This document shows positions 45,845-55,900 of a stretch of DNA of 64,000 nucleotides, piece after piece. Source of the stretch: Patescibacteria group bacterium (GTDB lineage: Bacteria > Patescibacteriota > Patescibacteriia > SG8-24 > DYFX01). The position numbers and the translations under genes are program-made. Under the pieces are notes generated by a model. The model ran no database searches, was not told the origin of the DNA, and saw nothing but the letters and a program-made list of their open reading frames with translations. The stretch is from the NCBI GenBank assembly GCA_038062835.1, contig JBBTWH010000003.1, forward strand, positions 2,666 through 66,665, in the 5' to 3' direction. How positions within the stretch are numbered: the stretch's first letter is position 1; every line of letters starts with the position of its first letter.

Positions 45845-48529
45845 TTACGACGTCGTCAATATCGGTGAAACGACGGGTAATCCCGTGATTTCGTCGCCGG
45901 TCCGAGGCACGTAGTAGCCGTCCGGCACGTCGCCCCAGACGAAATCCGCGCCGCCAAGCAGGCGGACCTCCAGCGTGACGCCGCTCATGACGGCGAAATC
46001 GTCGGTCTTGAGAGAAAGGGAGAATTCCGAAGTCGTGCCGGCGGCGAGGAGCGGCTCCGCATCGGTCGCGAATTCGAATTCCAGGACGCCCTCGTCTCCA
46101 TAGGCCGAAGCGAGACCCTGCGGCGTCATGTCGGCGACGCCGCCGCGTACGATGCCGTAGCGGATGGAACCCCAGACGTCCTCTCCGACGATCTCGGATC
46201 CGGACGCCAGGAAGCGGCGGAGCTCGACGATGCCGTTATCGTCGGCCGCGTCGCCGTCGACGTCGGCCCAGCGCTCCAGCGCGTCGTTGTCCGCACCATC
46301 GAAAGCGGCATCGCTCGGCTTGAGGCGAAACGTCATCTTCTTGACTCGCGACGCGCCTTCAGGAGCGGACGTCAGGCTGAAGCGCATGACCTCGACGGTG
46401 CGTCCGCGCGCGACGGTTCCGGTCGGCGTCGCGGACGCGCGGCTCGCCGTCATTTCAGTCAGGCGCACGGACAAGTCCGATGCCGCGGACGTCCGCGTGA
46501 ACGTCGCGGCGCCGAAATCGCCTTCTCCGAACGTCCTGCCTTCCGCTTCCGACGAGAACACCGTCGGACGGTCCCCGGGGAAGGCGATCTGCAAGCGCTC
46601 GCCCGAGACGGAACGGCCAGTCGCGGCGGAAACCTGACCGTATACGGCCACGGTGACGGAGCCGCCGCGAGGGACGCGGAGAGAGAGTCCGCTGAAGGTA
46701 GCGTCGTTGCCCGAAAAAACCGATGCCGCCGTGCGCACGGCGCCGTCGGCGTCCTGATAGCTCACGCGCAGCGAAGCGAGCGAGACGTGCGCCGCGCCGA
46801 CCGATGTGAAGGTCAGCATCGGGACGTCGAAGGCGTCGTGCGTCGCGGAGATATCGAGCGTGCCGATTCGCGCCTCGCGCCCCGCCACGACGGCGCCGGA
46901 GGCCCCGGTCCACTCGAAATCCAGCCCTCCGTGCTTGCGCACCGTCAGCGCGTATCTCGGCGACGTTCCGCCGTTAGGCTCGGCACCGGCGGCTTCGAGC
47001 CTGACGCCGAGCGCGTCGAATACGGCCACGTCGCGGGCGACGTCGCCGATGTCGAAGGAAAGGCGGTCGTCATGGTCCTCTATCGGCGCTTCGCGGCGCA
47101 AGTCGCCTCGGAGGACGTAGGTCGCGCTCGTGCCTGCCGGCAGGGCGAGGTCGAGGCCGCTGAAGACGGGGCGGCCATCGAACGGCATCGGCACCGGGCC
47201 GGCGACGGTGCGTCCATCTCCGTCGACGAGGCGGAGGGAGGAAACGACGTCGGAGACGCGCGTCTCCGTGCCGTTATCCGCGTCGGCGCCCGCTCGGAAC
47301 CCTGCGACGCCTTCTTGCTCGTCAAGATAGCTTTGAAACGAGACGCTCCTGACTCGCGCGACGGCGGCGGAACCCGCGCGGAAGACGAACGACGCGAGCG
47401 CGACGTCAGCCGAGCCTCGCACCCGGACGTCTTCCTCCGGCACTGGCGCGGCGGAAACCTCGAAGGTCATCTTGCCGACGGACGCCGTCGGCGCGACCAA
47501 GTCGAGCTTCGGCAGGAACGCGAGCGATGAACCGGAGGCGTCTTCGATCACGACGCGGGCGACGGGTATGCTGGCGCGATATTCCTCGCCGGAAGGAAGT
47601 TCGGGATCGAACTTCGCGACGAGCCGCAATTTCACGTCGGAACCGGCCGGAACGTCCCACGCCCCTCCGAATTCGAGCGTCTGCCGCTGGTCGAGCGCTG
47701 AGTCAAGCTCGGGGGAAATCATGCCGAAGACGTCCCTGCCGCCGGCGTCGACCCAGCGTACGTCCTTCAGGTTGAGCCGCGCGTTCACTCCACGCACTAG
47801 GCCGCCTTGATCGGAATCGGCGCCTTGGCCTGAGGCCGGCGCCCCCAGCACGGCGTCGAGGATGACGGGCAGCTGTCGGACGCGCGCCGAGGTCGCGGTG
47901 CGCAAACGGAGCTCCATCAGCGTCCCCTCCTGTCCGGCGGACGGCGAAGCGGCGGCCGCGTAAGCGCTGAAGGTCGGCGTGGCAGGGAGCGCCCCGAGCG
48001 GGACATCCTCCATATCCTTGTCCACTCCGATCGTCGGCACGGCGACGCGTTCGGCGCCGGTGTCGTACTGGGAACACAGCGTGATAGGCGCGCCGAGATC
48101 GTAGTCGACGAAAAACGCGTCCGGCACGTCGTCGATCTGGACGTTCCAGTTCGCGCCGAACAGGCAGGCGGCGACGGCTTCGGATCCGACGTGCCGAAGC
48201 ACGCCGCCCTTCGACACGGCGTAGACTTTCGGGTCGGTCCGTATCTTCACCATCCGCGTCCCGGGACGATACGTGACGTTACCGCCGAGCGCGAGCTCGG
48301 CAAGTTCCTCCGGTGATACCGTCTTCACCGTCGCGAAATCTTCGTACCACGAGAAGTACGAGGCAGCGTTCGAAAAGACGTAGCGCTTCCCGTCCGCGCC
48401 GACGTAATAGACGGCAGGGTTTTGGGGCGACTTCACCAAATCACCCGCCGAGGCCGCGAGGAGCGGCGACGGCGACAGGAAGGCGAGGAGCGCGGCGATG
48501 GCGAGTCGGATCCTCATGGTTTCGTTCAT
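45845..48529 (-). CDS. S-layer-like surface protein D
   Basis: Signal peptide, shared N-terminal domain, beta-rich modules; paralog of 48526-51180. Confidence 0.75.
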   Translation of the reverse strand: MNETMRIRLAIAALLAFLSPSPLLAASAGDLVKSPQNPAVYYVGADGKRYVFSNAASYFSWYEDFATVKTVSPEELAELALGGNVTYRPGTRMVKIRTDPKVYAVSKGGVLRHVGSEAVAACLFGANWNVQIDDVPDAFFVDYDLGAPITLCSQYDTGAERVAVPTIGVDKDMEDVPLGALPATPTFSAYAAAASPSAGQEGTLMELRLRTATSARVRQLPVILDAVLGAPASGQGADSDQGGLVRGVNARLNLKDVRWVDAGGRDVFGMISPELDSALDQRQTLEFGGAWDVPAGSDVKLRLVAKFDPELPSGEEYRASIPVARVVIEDASGSSLAFLPKLDLVAPTASVGKMTFEVSAAPVPEEDVRVRGSADVALASFVFRAGSAAVARVRSVSFQSYLDEQEGVAGFRAGADADNGTETRVSDVVSSLRLVDGDGRTVAGPVPMPFDGRPVFSGLDLALPAGTSATYVLRGDLRREAPIEDHDDRLSFDIGDVARDVAVFDALGVRLEAAGAEPNGGTSPRYALTVRKHGGLDFEWTGASGAVVAGREARIGTLDISATHDAFDVPMLTFTSVGAAHVSLASLRVSYQDADGAVRTAASVFSGNDATFSGLSLRVPRGGSVTVAVYGQVSAATGRSVSGERLQIAFPGDRPTVFSSEAEGRTFGEGDFGAATFTRTSAASDLSVRLTEMTASRASATPTGTVARGRTVEVMRFSLTSAPEGASRVKKMTFRLKPSDAAFDGADNDALERWADVDGDAADDNGIVELRRFLASGSEIVGEDVWGSIRYGIVRGGVADMTPQGLASAYGDEGVLEFEFATDAEPLLAAGTTSEFSLSLKTDDFAVMSGVTLEVRLLGGADFVWGDVPDGYYVPRTGDEITGLPVVSPILTTS

Positions 48530-51180
48530 TGGATGATCATGCCCGGGGCGACGACAGGGAGCCCTCTCACTTCGCGGCCGTCCAGCGGCGCGGCGTTGCC
48601 GGAGTCCGAGTCCATCCAGAGGAACTCCTCGGCGCCGAACAGCTCGACCCCGAGGCTCCTCTGTCCGACAGGGAAGGCGCTCGTCCTCAGGCCGAGCGCG
48701 AAAGTCGCCGTCTCGCCGGCCTCGATCGCGAGCTCGGAACCCGAGGCGAAATCGATCTCGACGTAGCCGGCGTCGACCGTCGCGCTGTCGCGTCCTTGCG
48801 GCGTGGAGTCCTTGCCGCTCTGCGTGTACATGCCGTAGCGGATCGACGCGTCGCTCCCCTCTCCGATGACTTCAGCGCCGGAAACGGAAATCTTGCGCAG
48901 GTCGATGACGTCGTTGTCGTCGATGACGTCGCCGTCGATGTCGGCCCAGCGTTCGAGCGCATCGTTGTCCGCGCCATCCGTTCCCGCGTCGCCGGCCTTG
49001 ATGCGGAAGACCATTCGCTTCACGCGCGCGCGGCCTTCCGGTCCGGCCGTCAGCGTGAAGCGCAGGACTTCCTCGGACGCGCCGCGCGCGATGGGGCCGC
49101 TAGGCGTCGCGTAGGCCCGCGAAGCCGAAAGTTCCGTCAGCCGGAGCTGCAGGTCGGCCGCGACGTTCGAGGTCACGGCGAAACCATGGCCCGCAGCGAG
49201 ATCCGTCCCGCTGAAATCGCGGCCCTCCGTCACCGAGGCGAATCCGAAGTTCCGGTCCGCGGCGAACCGGAACCGGAGGCGCGCGCCGGATACGCTCGCA
49301 TACGATTCGACGACGTCAGCCTGGAAAGAGATGTAGGCCTTCTTGTCTTTTGGGACGTGGATGGCGAGGCCCTTGAAGAAGGCGTCGCCGCCGACGAACT
49401 CTCCCGTCACCGAGACGTTCGCGCCCTTGGCGTCGATATAGAACAGCCGGAGGGCACCGATCGGCGCGCGGTCCACGCCGGTGAACGGGAAGGTGAGGCT
49501 CGTGATGGTGAAATCGTCGTACGACGCCGCGGCGACGATGTTGCCGAGCTCGACCGGGCGGCCGACGACGGCCTTGGCGGAACTGCCGGCGAAATCGAGC
49601 GCCAGCGTACCGTGCTGGCGGACCGTCAGCGCGTACACGGGACGCGTGCCGCCGTTCGGGGCGGTCCCGTACGCCTCGACCGCGTCGCCGGAGGCGTCGA
49701 CGATGACGACGTCCTTCGCCGCGTCGACGACGTCGAAGGCGACGATGTCGGGGCGCGCCTCAATCTGGGCGTCGCGATCCAAGTCCCCGCGCAGGGCGTA
49801 GACGCCGGCCGAACCGGCGGGCAGGACGAGTGCGAGGCCCTCGAATCGCACGCGGCCGTCGTACGGCACCTCGACGGGCCCCGCGACGCGCGCGCCGGAC
49901 TGGTCATGCAAGCTGACGGCGCCGACGATATCGCGGACGCGCGTCTCGGTCCCGTTGTCCGCGTCGCCGCCCGCGAGGTAGCCGGCGCCGCCTTCCTGCT
50001 CGTCGAGATATCCCTGGAAAGCGATGGCGCGCAGCGTCTGCGTCAAAGCGGCGGCGTTGAACGTGAAAGCCGCGAGTTCGACGCTCTGGGCGCCGCGCAC
50101 CTGCGTCTTCGGACCATGGAACTCCGCAGCGGCGATCTCGAGCGCGTCCTTGCGCACCTGGACGATCCCGCCCGCGAGATCCGTCTTGGGAAGGAACGCG
50201 GCCGGACGTCCGTCCGCGCCGAAGACTTCCGCTCGCGAAGTCACGGCGATGGCGCGATACGGTTCGGCGATCGGCGTCTCCTCATCGAACGTCGCCGTCA
50301 GCCGAAGACGGGTCTCCCCTGCCGGAACCCTCAATCCGCCCGCGAATTCGAGGACGTACTCCTGATCGTCGGACGTGGACAAGGAGACGTCGAGCGTGCC
50401 GAAGACGGACGCGCCGCCGGCGTCGACGAAGCGTATCCTCGTGAGATTCGCACGGACGGAATCTCCGCGGACGAGGCCGCCCAAATCACGATCCGCGATG
50501 CCGGACAAGGCGGTCAACTTCACGGGCAGGCGCCGGATCTCGAGCGGAACCGACGTCGCGAGCAGGAGTTCCATCAGCGCGGCCTCCTTGCCGGCCGTGG
50601 CGATCGTGCTGACGGGCGCGAGGCTGAACGTCGGCGTCGAAGGCAGGACCGCCGGCGCCGCGCCCAGACGCCTGTCCTCGGAGATGGTCGGCGCCGAGGC
50701 TTTCTCGGCCGACGGGTCGAATCCGTCGCAGGCGATGATCGGATCGCCGAGGCGATAATTCGTGAAGGACTCGACTGGAACATCCTCGACAGCTCCGCGC
50801 CACGCCGAACCGTACAGGCAATCCGCGATGCCTTCCGAAGCGACGTGCCGCAAGACGCCGCCGCGCGCGACCGCGTAGGTCTTCGGGTCGGTGTCGATCT
50901 TGACCAAGCGCGTGCCGGGGCGATAGGTGACGTTCCCGCCGATGCGGCGCGACGACATCTCCGATGCCGAAATCGTCCTCACCGTGCCGAAGCCTTCGTA
51001 CCAGCTGAAGAAGACCGAGGTGCCGGTGAAGACGTAGCGCATGCCGTCGGTGCCGAGATAATAGACGGCGGGATCGGACGATGTCCTGATGAGATCCCCG
51101 GCGGAAGCGACCGAAAAAGGCTTGGGCGCGAAAAACCCGATGACGGCGAGAGCACAGACGATGAATAGCCACCGGCGCAT
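48526..51180 (-). CDS. S-layer-like surface protein C
   Basis: Start MRRWLFI after TGCTATACT; shared N-terminal domain; GADNDALERWAD shared with D. Confidence 0.75.
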   Translation of the reverse strand: MRRWLFIVCALAVIGFFAPKPFSVASAGDLIRTSSDPAVYYLGTDGMRYVFTGTSVFFSWYEGFGTVRTISASEMSSRRIGGNVTYRPGTRLVKIDTDPKTYAVARGGVLRHVASEGIADCLYGSAWRGAVEDVPVESFTNYRLGDPIIACDGFDPSAEKASAPTISEDRRLGAAPAVLPSTPTFSLAPVSTIATAGKEAALMELLLATSVPLEIRRLPVKLTALSGIADRDLGGLVRGDSVRANLTRIRFVDAGGASVFGTLDVSLSTSDDQEYVLEFAGGLRVPAGETRLRLTATFDEETPIAEPYRAIAVTSRAEVFGADGRPAAFLPKTDLAGGIVQVRKDALEIAAAEFHGPKTQVRGAQSVELAAFTFNAAALTQTLRAIAFQGYLDEQEGGAGYLAGGDADNGTETRVRDIVGAVSLHDQSGARVAGPVEVPYDGRVRFEGLALVLPAGSAGVYALRGDLDRDAQIEARPDIVAFDVVDAAKDVVIVDASGDAVEAYGTAPNGGTRPVYALTVRQHGTLALDFAGSSAKAVVGRPVELGNIVAAASYDDFTITSLTFPFTGVDRAPIGALRLFYIDAKGANVSVTGEFVGGDAFFKGLAIHVPKDKKAYISFQADVVESYASVSGARLRFRFAADRNFGFASVTEGRDFSGTDLAAGHGFAVTSNVAADLQLRLTELSASRAYATPSGPIARGASEEVLRFTLTAGPEGRARVKRMVFRIKAGDAGTDGADNDALERWADIDGDVIDDNDVIDLRKISVSGAEVIGEGSDASIRYGMYTQSGKDSTPQGRDSATVDAGYVEIDFASGSELAIEAGETATFALGLRTSAFPVGQRSLGVELFGAEEFLWMDSDSGNAAPLDGREVRGLPVVAPGMIIQ

Positions 51181-51239
51181 ATGAATGAAGTATAGCAAAT
51201 CTGACTGCGGGCGGCGGCCGAAACGCTTCGTGACGAAAA

Positions 51240-51267
51240 TGCGACACCTGTCGCAAAACGGTACACG
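51240..51267. promoter_or_regulatory. Palindrome TGCGACA-CC-TGTCGCA, candidate operator
   Basis: Reverse complement matches 39890-39917 at 25 of 28 positions. Confidence 0.55.
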
Positions 51268-51310
51268 AGGGTTTTTAGCGGGGTTTTTTGAGGATGGATG
51301 AAGGAAAGAG

Positions 51311-51338
51311 AAAACCCCCTCGTTGCGGAGGGGGTTTT
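51311..51338 (-). terminator. Terminator of S-layer-like gene B
   Basis: aaaaccccctc-gttgcg-gagggggtttt; nearly the same as the gene A terminator. Confidence 0.8.
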
Positions 51339-51352
51339 CGTTCTCGGGATTT

Positions 51353-54300
51353 TTACGGCATCAGGACGCTCTGGGCGTCGGTCGGGAGGACTTCGACGTA
51401 GAGGCCGTTGGTCCAGTCGTCGGACGCGGCGGCGTCGGCGGCGTCGTCCGTGGCTCCGCTGACGTCGTTATGCGGGATGGCCGAGTTGTCGGACCAGGCG
51501 AAGTTGTAGATCGCGGTCGCGGCATTGGTACCGTCGAGGTCGTCGACGCCATCGGCATCCACGGCGACGCTGGCGAGTTCGCCGGTGACGAGGTCCGTGT
51601 CGGACGCGATGTTCGTGATGAGCGAGTGGTTGGAGGCCGCGCCCGCGACCGTGAGCACGAGCTCGTAGGTCTTGGAAGCGCCAGCCGAGATGACCTGCTC
51701 ACTGGTGAAGCGGCTCTGGAACGTGCAGGCGGTGCCGCCGTTCGATGCGCAGCCGATCGACTGCGTGGTCGTGCCTGAGATATGCGCCCCCTGGCCGACC
51801 TCGCGGACGGCCGACTGGCCGCCGCCGTTCGCGATGAGCATGCCCGCGTTCGACTTGGTGACCGCCCATTGGATGGCCTTGAGCGAAACCTGCTCGGCGA
51901 CGTCCGCCGTGACCGTGATGCGCGAGAGGACCATCGTGCCGTTGGTGAGCGTGGACGTCGGGAGCGACGCCAGGCTGACGGTCGGCTTGGTCTTGCGGAG
52001 GACCTTGTTGCGACCCGTGACGTCCGTCGTGGCGATCGTGGAGACCACCGTGCTGGAGCCAGTACCGCGGTACTCGAAGGTACCGGCGGTCGGGGTCGTG
52101 AGGTCTGTCGTGATCTGGAGGTCAGCGCCCGAAGTGGCGCCGCCGGAGATCGAGTTCAGGATGGCCTTGACCGTGAGGGTCTTGGAGGCATCCTTCGGAA
52201 CCACGAAGTTGAAGCCCGAGAAGTCGGCGTTCTGGCCGGACATCGGGACCGGACCGGCGACGAGCGCGGCCCCGTCGTAGAGACTCATGCTGACGACGCT
52301 GTTCTGGACCGCGCCCACGAGCGAGATACGGATCTTGGTCTGCTTCAGTTCTTCGTTGGCGGCCGTGAGGCGGATCTTGCCGAGCACAGCGGTGGTGTTG
52401 GCGAGGACGAGGCCTGCTTCGGACTCGGTGTCGTCCGGAGCGATCTGGTACGTCATCGTGCCGGAGTTCGCGGTCGTCAGGACCACGCTCGGCGTGCCGT
52501 TGATCGGGAAGGAGGCGGCGGCGAAGGAGACGCTGTTGCCGACGGCGTCCTGGACCGTGGCGTCCGTGTTGGCGACGACCTTGAAGGCGATGCGCTCCGC
52601 GTTCGAGTTCAGGTAGGCGCCGTTCGAGAGGTCGCAATACAGCAGACCTGTCGCGCCGATGGAATCGATGTCCCAGTCCAGTCCGGCGAAGGTCATCACG
52701 CCGCCGGTGCCGGAAGTCGGACTCTTCGGCTGGCCGCGCATCGCTCCGGTCGCGGCATCGATCAGCCAGCAGGAAGTGATGACGTCGGAGACGGAGACCG
52801 TGCCGGATACGTCGACGTCCTGGCCCTGCACGTAGTCGGAGGAACCGTCAGCGTCGATGAAACCCTTGATCGTCAAAGACGACAGCTTCGTGACCGTGCC
52901 GGTCTCAGAGCCGAACGAAAGGCCTAGCGCGAGAATGGAGGTCGCGCCCTTCACGTACGACTGCGAGACGGCGAGGCTATTGAGGCCGGCGCCGAGATAC
53001 GCGGAATACATCGTCTGCGCGAAACCGGCCATATCGCCCGACGGGACGACGTCCGATGACGGCGTCAAGAAGGTAGAGTTATCGGTATTACGAAGGTCGG
53101 ACGTGCCGAACGCGAGGCGCGTAGCCGTGACCGACTCGCCGCTCGTGATGGAGGTCGAGGCGTCCGCCGTGACGGCGAACTCATAGACGACTCCCGGTTC
53201 GAGCGACTGGACGTCGGTGAACGTCAGCGTCTGGTTCAGGTCGTTGGCGCCGGCGTCGCCCGTGCCGGAGAGGTCGGACGGACCCCACCAGGCGGCGCCG
53301 GAAGTCGTATTGATGATTTTTACGTCGGTGTAGTTCGGCGTGGAGGTGTTGATGAGGCCGCTGGCGCCCGCGCCGGAGGTGCTGGCGGTGAGCTTGATCT
53401 GCATGCGGCGGACTTCCGTGCGGTTCTGGACGACCATCGTGAAGCGCAGGAGCTCGGCGTCCTTAGCGTAGGTCGCGCGGTCGGTCGGGAACGGACCCTT
53501 GAGCGCGACCGTGACCGGACCCGCTTCCACCGTCGAGTACGAGCAGTCGCCAGCCGAGCTGGTGCAGCTGTCGCCGTCGTAGGCGGTGCGGGTGACGGTG
53601 ACGCCCTGGCCGAAGGTCTGACCGACGCCGCGGACGTCCGAGGACTCTTCGGTGTAGAGCTTCAGGCTGTCAGCGGCGCGAGCGCCGCCGCCGATGTCGC
53701 CGTAGACCTGGAAGGTCTTGGTGGCGCCCTTCTCGAGCAGCATGCCCGGAGCGGAGAGGGAGAACGTCGCGCGGAGGTTGGCGTCGAAGCTAGCCGCCGT
53801 CGCGATCGTGAGACCCGCCTGCTTGAGCTTGAGGTTCGTGAGGTTGGCCGCGGAGAGGTTGCCACCCTGGAAGATGGTCAAGCGCTCGAAGCGGACGTCT
53901 TCGGAGGAGCCGGCGGCGACCGTGAACTCGGCGATCTTCGCCTCCATCTCGCCGGCCTTGGGGGCCGTGATGGTGCCGGTCTTGGCGATGGTGAGAGAAC
54001 CCACCGTCGTGCCAGCCAGGGTGAAGTTGTTGCCGGTGAACGGAGAGCCGGAGAGCTGCGTGGTTCCGGACATCGCCTTGGAGAGTTCCATGGCGTGGAC
54101 GTTGCCGGCAGCCGCGCCCGTCGCGATGTCGACGGCGACCCACAGGGTGCGGGTCTGGCCGGCGGCGAGCGAGAGGTTGAGGCCCGTGAAGGTGACCTCG
54201 TTGGTGGACGAGTTGACGGAGCGGCCCGTGGTCAGACGGGAAGAGCCCTCGTACAGGTACACCGAGGAGAGGTCGGTCGTGGCGCCGGGGCCGACGCGGC

Positions 54301-55012
54301 GGAGGGTGACGGAGTCAGCCACCATCGCGGAGCCGCCGTTGTTCGAGACGTTGAACTTCAGGAAGTTCACGCCCGTCGCGCCCTTCGGAAGGGTCGCGCC
54401 AGCCGGCGAGTCAGAGGCGAGCGAGACGGAAGCCGTGCCCGAGACGCCAGCGGTCGACAAGTTCTTGTCGGCGTTGATCGACTGGGACGAGCTCATCTCG
54501 GCCGTCTTGTTGTAGTCGGAGCAAGACGCGTTGATGGCGGCGCCGACGGAGTAGTTCGTGAAGAACGCGTCCGAGACGTCGTGAATCATCGTGTTCCAGG
54601 CCGAGCCGTACAGGGTGACGGCGCAGGCCTCGGAAGGCACGTGGCGAAGGACGCCGCCGTGCGCGATCGCGTAGGTCTTCGGGTCAGACTGGATCTTGAG
54701 CATCAGCACGCCCGGGCGATAGGTGACGTTGCCACCGATCTGGATGGACGCGAGGTCAGCGTCGGAGATGGTCATGACGGACGAGAAGTCCGCGTACCAG
54801 GTCTTGTAGGCCTTGTCGTTGGTGAACACGTAGCGCTTTCCGTCGGAACCGCAGTAGTACACCGCGGGGAGGGAACCCTTGATCAAGCTACCGCTCGTGC
54901 AGCCGGCGGCAGACGCTTTCAAGGGAGCGACCAGGACGGACGCCATCATCGACCAAAGGATGGTCGAGAGGACGATGCCCACGGTCAAGCTTTTTCGGAA
55001 CGTGTCTGACAT
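51353..55012 (-). CDS. S-layer-like protein B (1219 aa)
   Basis: Signal peptide, shared domain, S/T/G/A-rich beta modules; upstream TGCTACACT at 55048-55056. Confidence 0.8.
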   Translation of the reverse strand: MSDTFRKSLTVGIVLSTILWSMMASVLVAPLKASAAGCTSGSLIKGSLPAVYYCGSDGKRYVFTNDKAYKTWYADFSSVMTISDADLASIQIGGNVTYRPGVLMLKIQSDPKTYAIAHGGVLRHVPSEACAVTLYGSAWNTMIHDVSDAFFTNYSVGAAINASCSDYNKTAEMSSSQSINADKNLSTAGVSGTASVSLASDSPAGATLPKGATGVNFLKFNVSNNGGSAMVADSVTLRRVGPGATTDLSSVYLYEGSSRLTTGRSVNSSTNEVTFTGLNLSLAAGQTRTLWVAVDIATGAAAGNVHAMELSKAMSGTTQLSGSPFTGNNFTLAGTTVGSLTIAKTGTITAPKAGEMEAKIAEFTVAAGSSEDVRFERLTIFQGGNLSAANLTNLKLKQAGLTIATAASFDANLRATFSLSAPGMLLEKGATKTFQVYGDIGGGARAADSLKLYTEESSDVRGVGQTFGQGVTVTRTAYDGDSCTSSAGDCSYSTVEAGPVTVALKGPFPTDRATYAKDAELLRFTMVVQNRTEVRRMQIKLTASTSGAGASGLINTSTPNYTDVKIINTTSGAAWWGPSDLSGTGDAGANDLNQTLTFTDVQSLEPGVVYEFAVTADASTSITSGESVTATRLAFGTSDLRNTDNSTFLTPSSDVVPSGDMAGFAQTMYSAYLGAGLNSLAVSQSYVKGATSILALGLSFGSETGTVTKLSSLTIKGFIDADGSSDYVQGQDVDVSGTVSVSDVITSCWLIDAATGAMRGQPKSPTSGTGGVMTFAGLDWDIDSIGATGLLYCDLSNGAYLNSNAERIAFKVVANTDATVQDAVGNSVSFAAASFPINGTPSVVLTTANSGTMTYQIAPDDTESEAGLVLANTTAVLGKIRLTAANEELKQTKIRISLVGAVQNSVVSMSLYDGAALVAGPVPMSGQNADFSGFNFVVPKDASKTLTVKAILNSISGGATSGADLQITTDLTTPTAGTFEYRGTGSSTVVSTIATTDVTGRNKVLRKTKPTVSLASLPTSTLTNGTMVLSRITVTADVAEQVSLKAIQWAVTKSNAGMLIANGGGQSAVREVGQGAHISGTTTQSIGCASNGGTACTFQSRFTSEQVISAGASKTYELVLTVAGAASNHSLITNIASDTDLVTGELASVAVDADGVDDLDGTNAATAIYNFAWSDNSAIPHNDVSGATDDAADAAASDDWTNGLYVEVLPTDAQSVLMP
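53520..54987 (-). repeat. 1468-bp direct repeat, copy 1
   Basis: Matches 58029-59496 at constant offset 4509; alternate-frame ORF translations are also identical. Confidence 0.92.
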
Positions 55013-55110
55013 ACAAACGGGCCCAGGTTAGGGGTAAATGCCCGTCCAGTGTAGCAGGTACGGAAACGAAAAAGGTGTGGGTAAGACCCGCACCTTCTCC
55101 CCCGCTCCGT

Positions 55111-55413
55111 TCAGGACAGGACCAGCCGTTTGTCGGCGATCGTGATGACGTCCTTTTTTTGGAGAACGTTGATCAAGGAGTTGACCTTGCCGTCGGTACG
55201 ACCGAGGCTGCGATCAAGAGTCTCCAGGCGATGATCGACGCGGTCGAGACGGGTTTCGACGCCATCAAGACGAGTTTCGACGCCATCAAGACGAGTTTCG
55301 ACACGGTCGAGACGGCCCCGAATATCCTCGAATTGCGGCGTGATGTTGTGCTCGATGACGTTCCCCAACTCCTCGCCGATCAGCTTGATGTCTTCGGGTG
55401 TAAGCATGCCCAT
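55111..55413 (-). CDS. Small coiled-coil heptad-repeat protein (paralog of 31263-31643)
   Basis: MGMLTPEDIKLIGE; RLD(G/R)VET repeats encoded by 21-bp units. Confidence 0.8.
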   Translation of the reverse strand: MGMLTPEDIKLIGEELGNVIEHNITPQFEDIRGRLDRVETRLDGVETRLDGVETRLDRVDHRLETLDRSLGRTDGKVNSLINVLQKKDVITIADKRLVLS

Positions 55414-55500
55414 ATGGTTAGAGGATAACATATGGGGTCCTAGCACAGGCAATATGTGGGGTGTCAACGCTTAGAGTCGGCTCCGGCCTTGCATAAACAA

Positions 55501-55775
55501 TCCCCCTCTTTGTGAAAGAGGGGGCAGGGGGAGTTAGGTCGGAGGGCCATCCGAGCTAACCCCTCCGCCCTTCGGGCACCTCCCCTTTCGCAAAGGGGAG
55601 GACGTTTAAAAGAATCCCCCTCTTTGTGAAAGAGGGGGCAGGGGGAGTTATTCGGAGGGGCGTGGGCCTACGATTCGGAGATAACCCCTCCGCCCTTCGG
55701 GCACCTCCCCTTTCGTAAAGGGGAGGACGACTGACAGAATCCCCCTCTTTGTGAAAGAGGGGGCAGGGGGAGTTA
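55501..55775. repeat. BIME-like cluster of family A REPs (X-Y-X-Y-X)
   Basis: Identical 36-bp X at 55501, 55615 and 55740; Y at 55557 and 55682. Confidence 0.9.
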
Positions 55776-55796
55776 TTCGGGGAGGACGTATAAACA

Positions 55797-55824
55797 CAAA
55801 CCCCCTCCTTGCGGAGGGGGTTTG
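55797..55824 (-). terminator. Terminator of S-layer-like gene A
   Basis: caaaccccctcc-ttgc-ggagggggtttg. Confidence 0.75.
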
Positions 55825-55900
55825 CTCTTTCCGGGCCGCTTAGGCGAACCCTTGCGTACCGGCTAGATCCAGGCCGAAGCCCGAGGCGAGACTCGTCCTA

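Noticed and set aside
55501-55775. CRISPR array (three identical 36-bp repeats)
   Set aside because: The spacers are 78 and 89 bp and themselves contain a repeated Y unit; copies are dispersed elsewhere; no cas operon is present.
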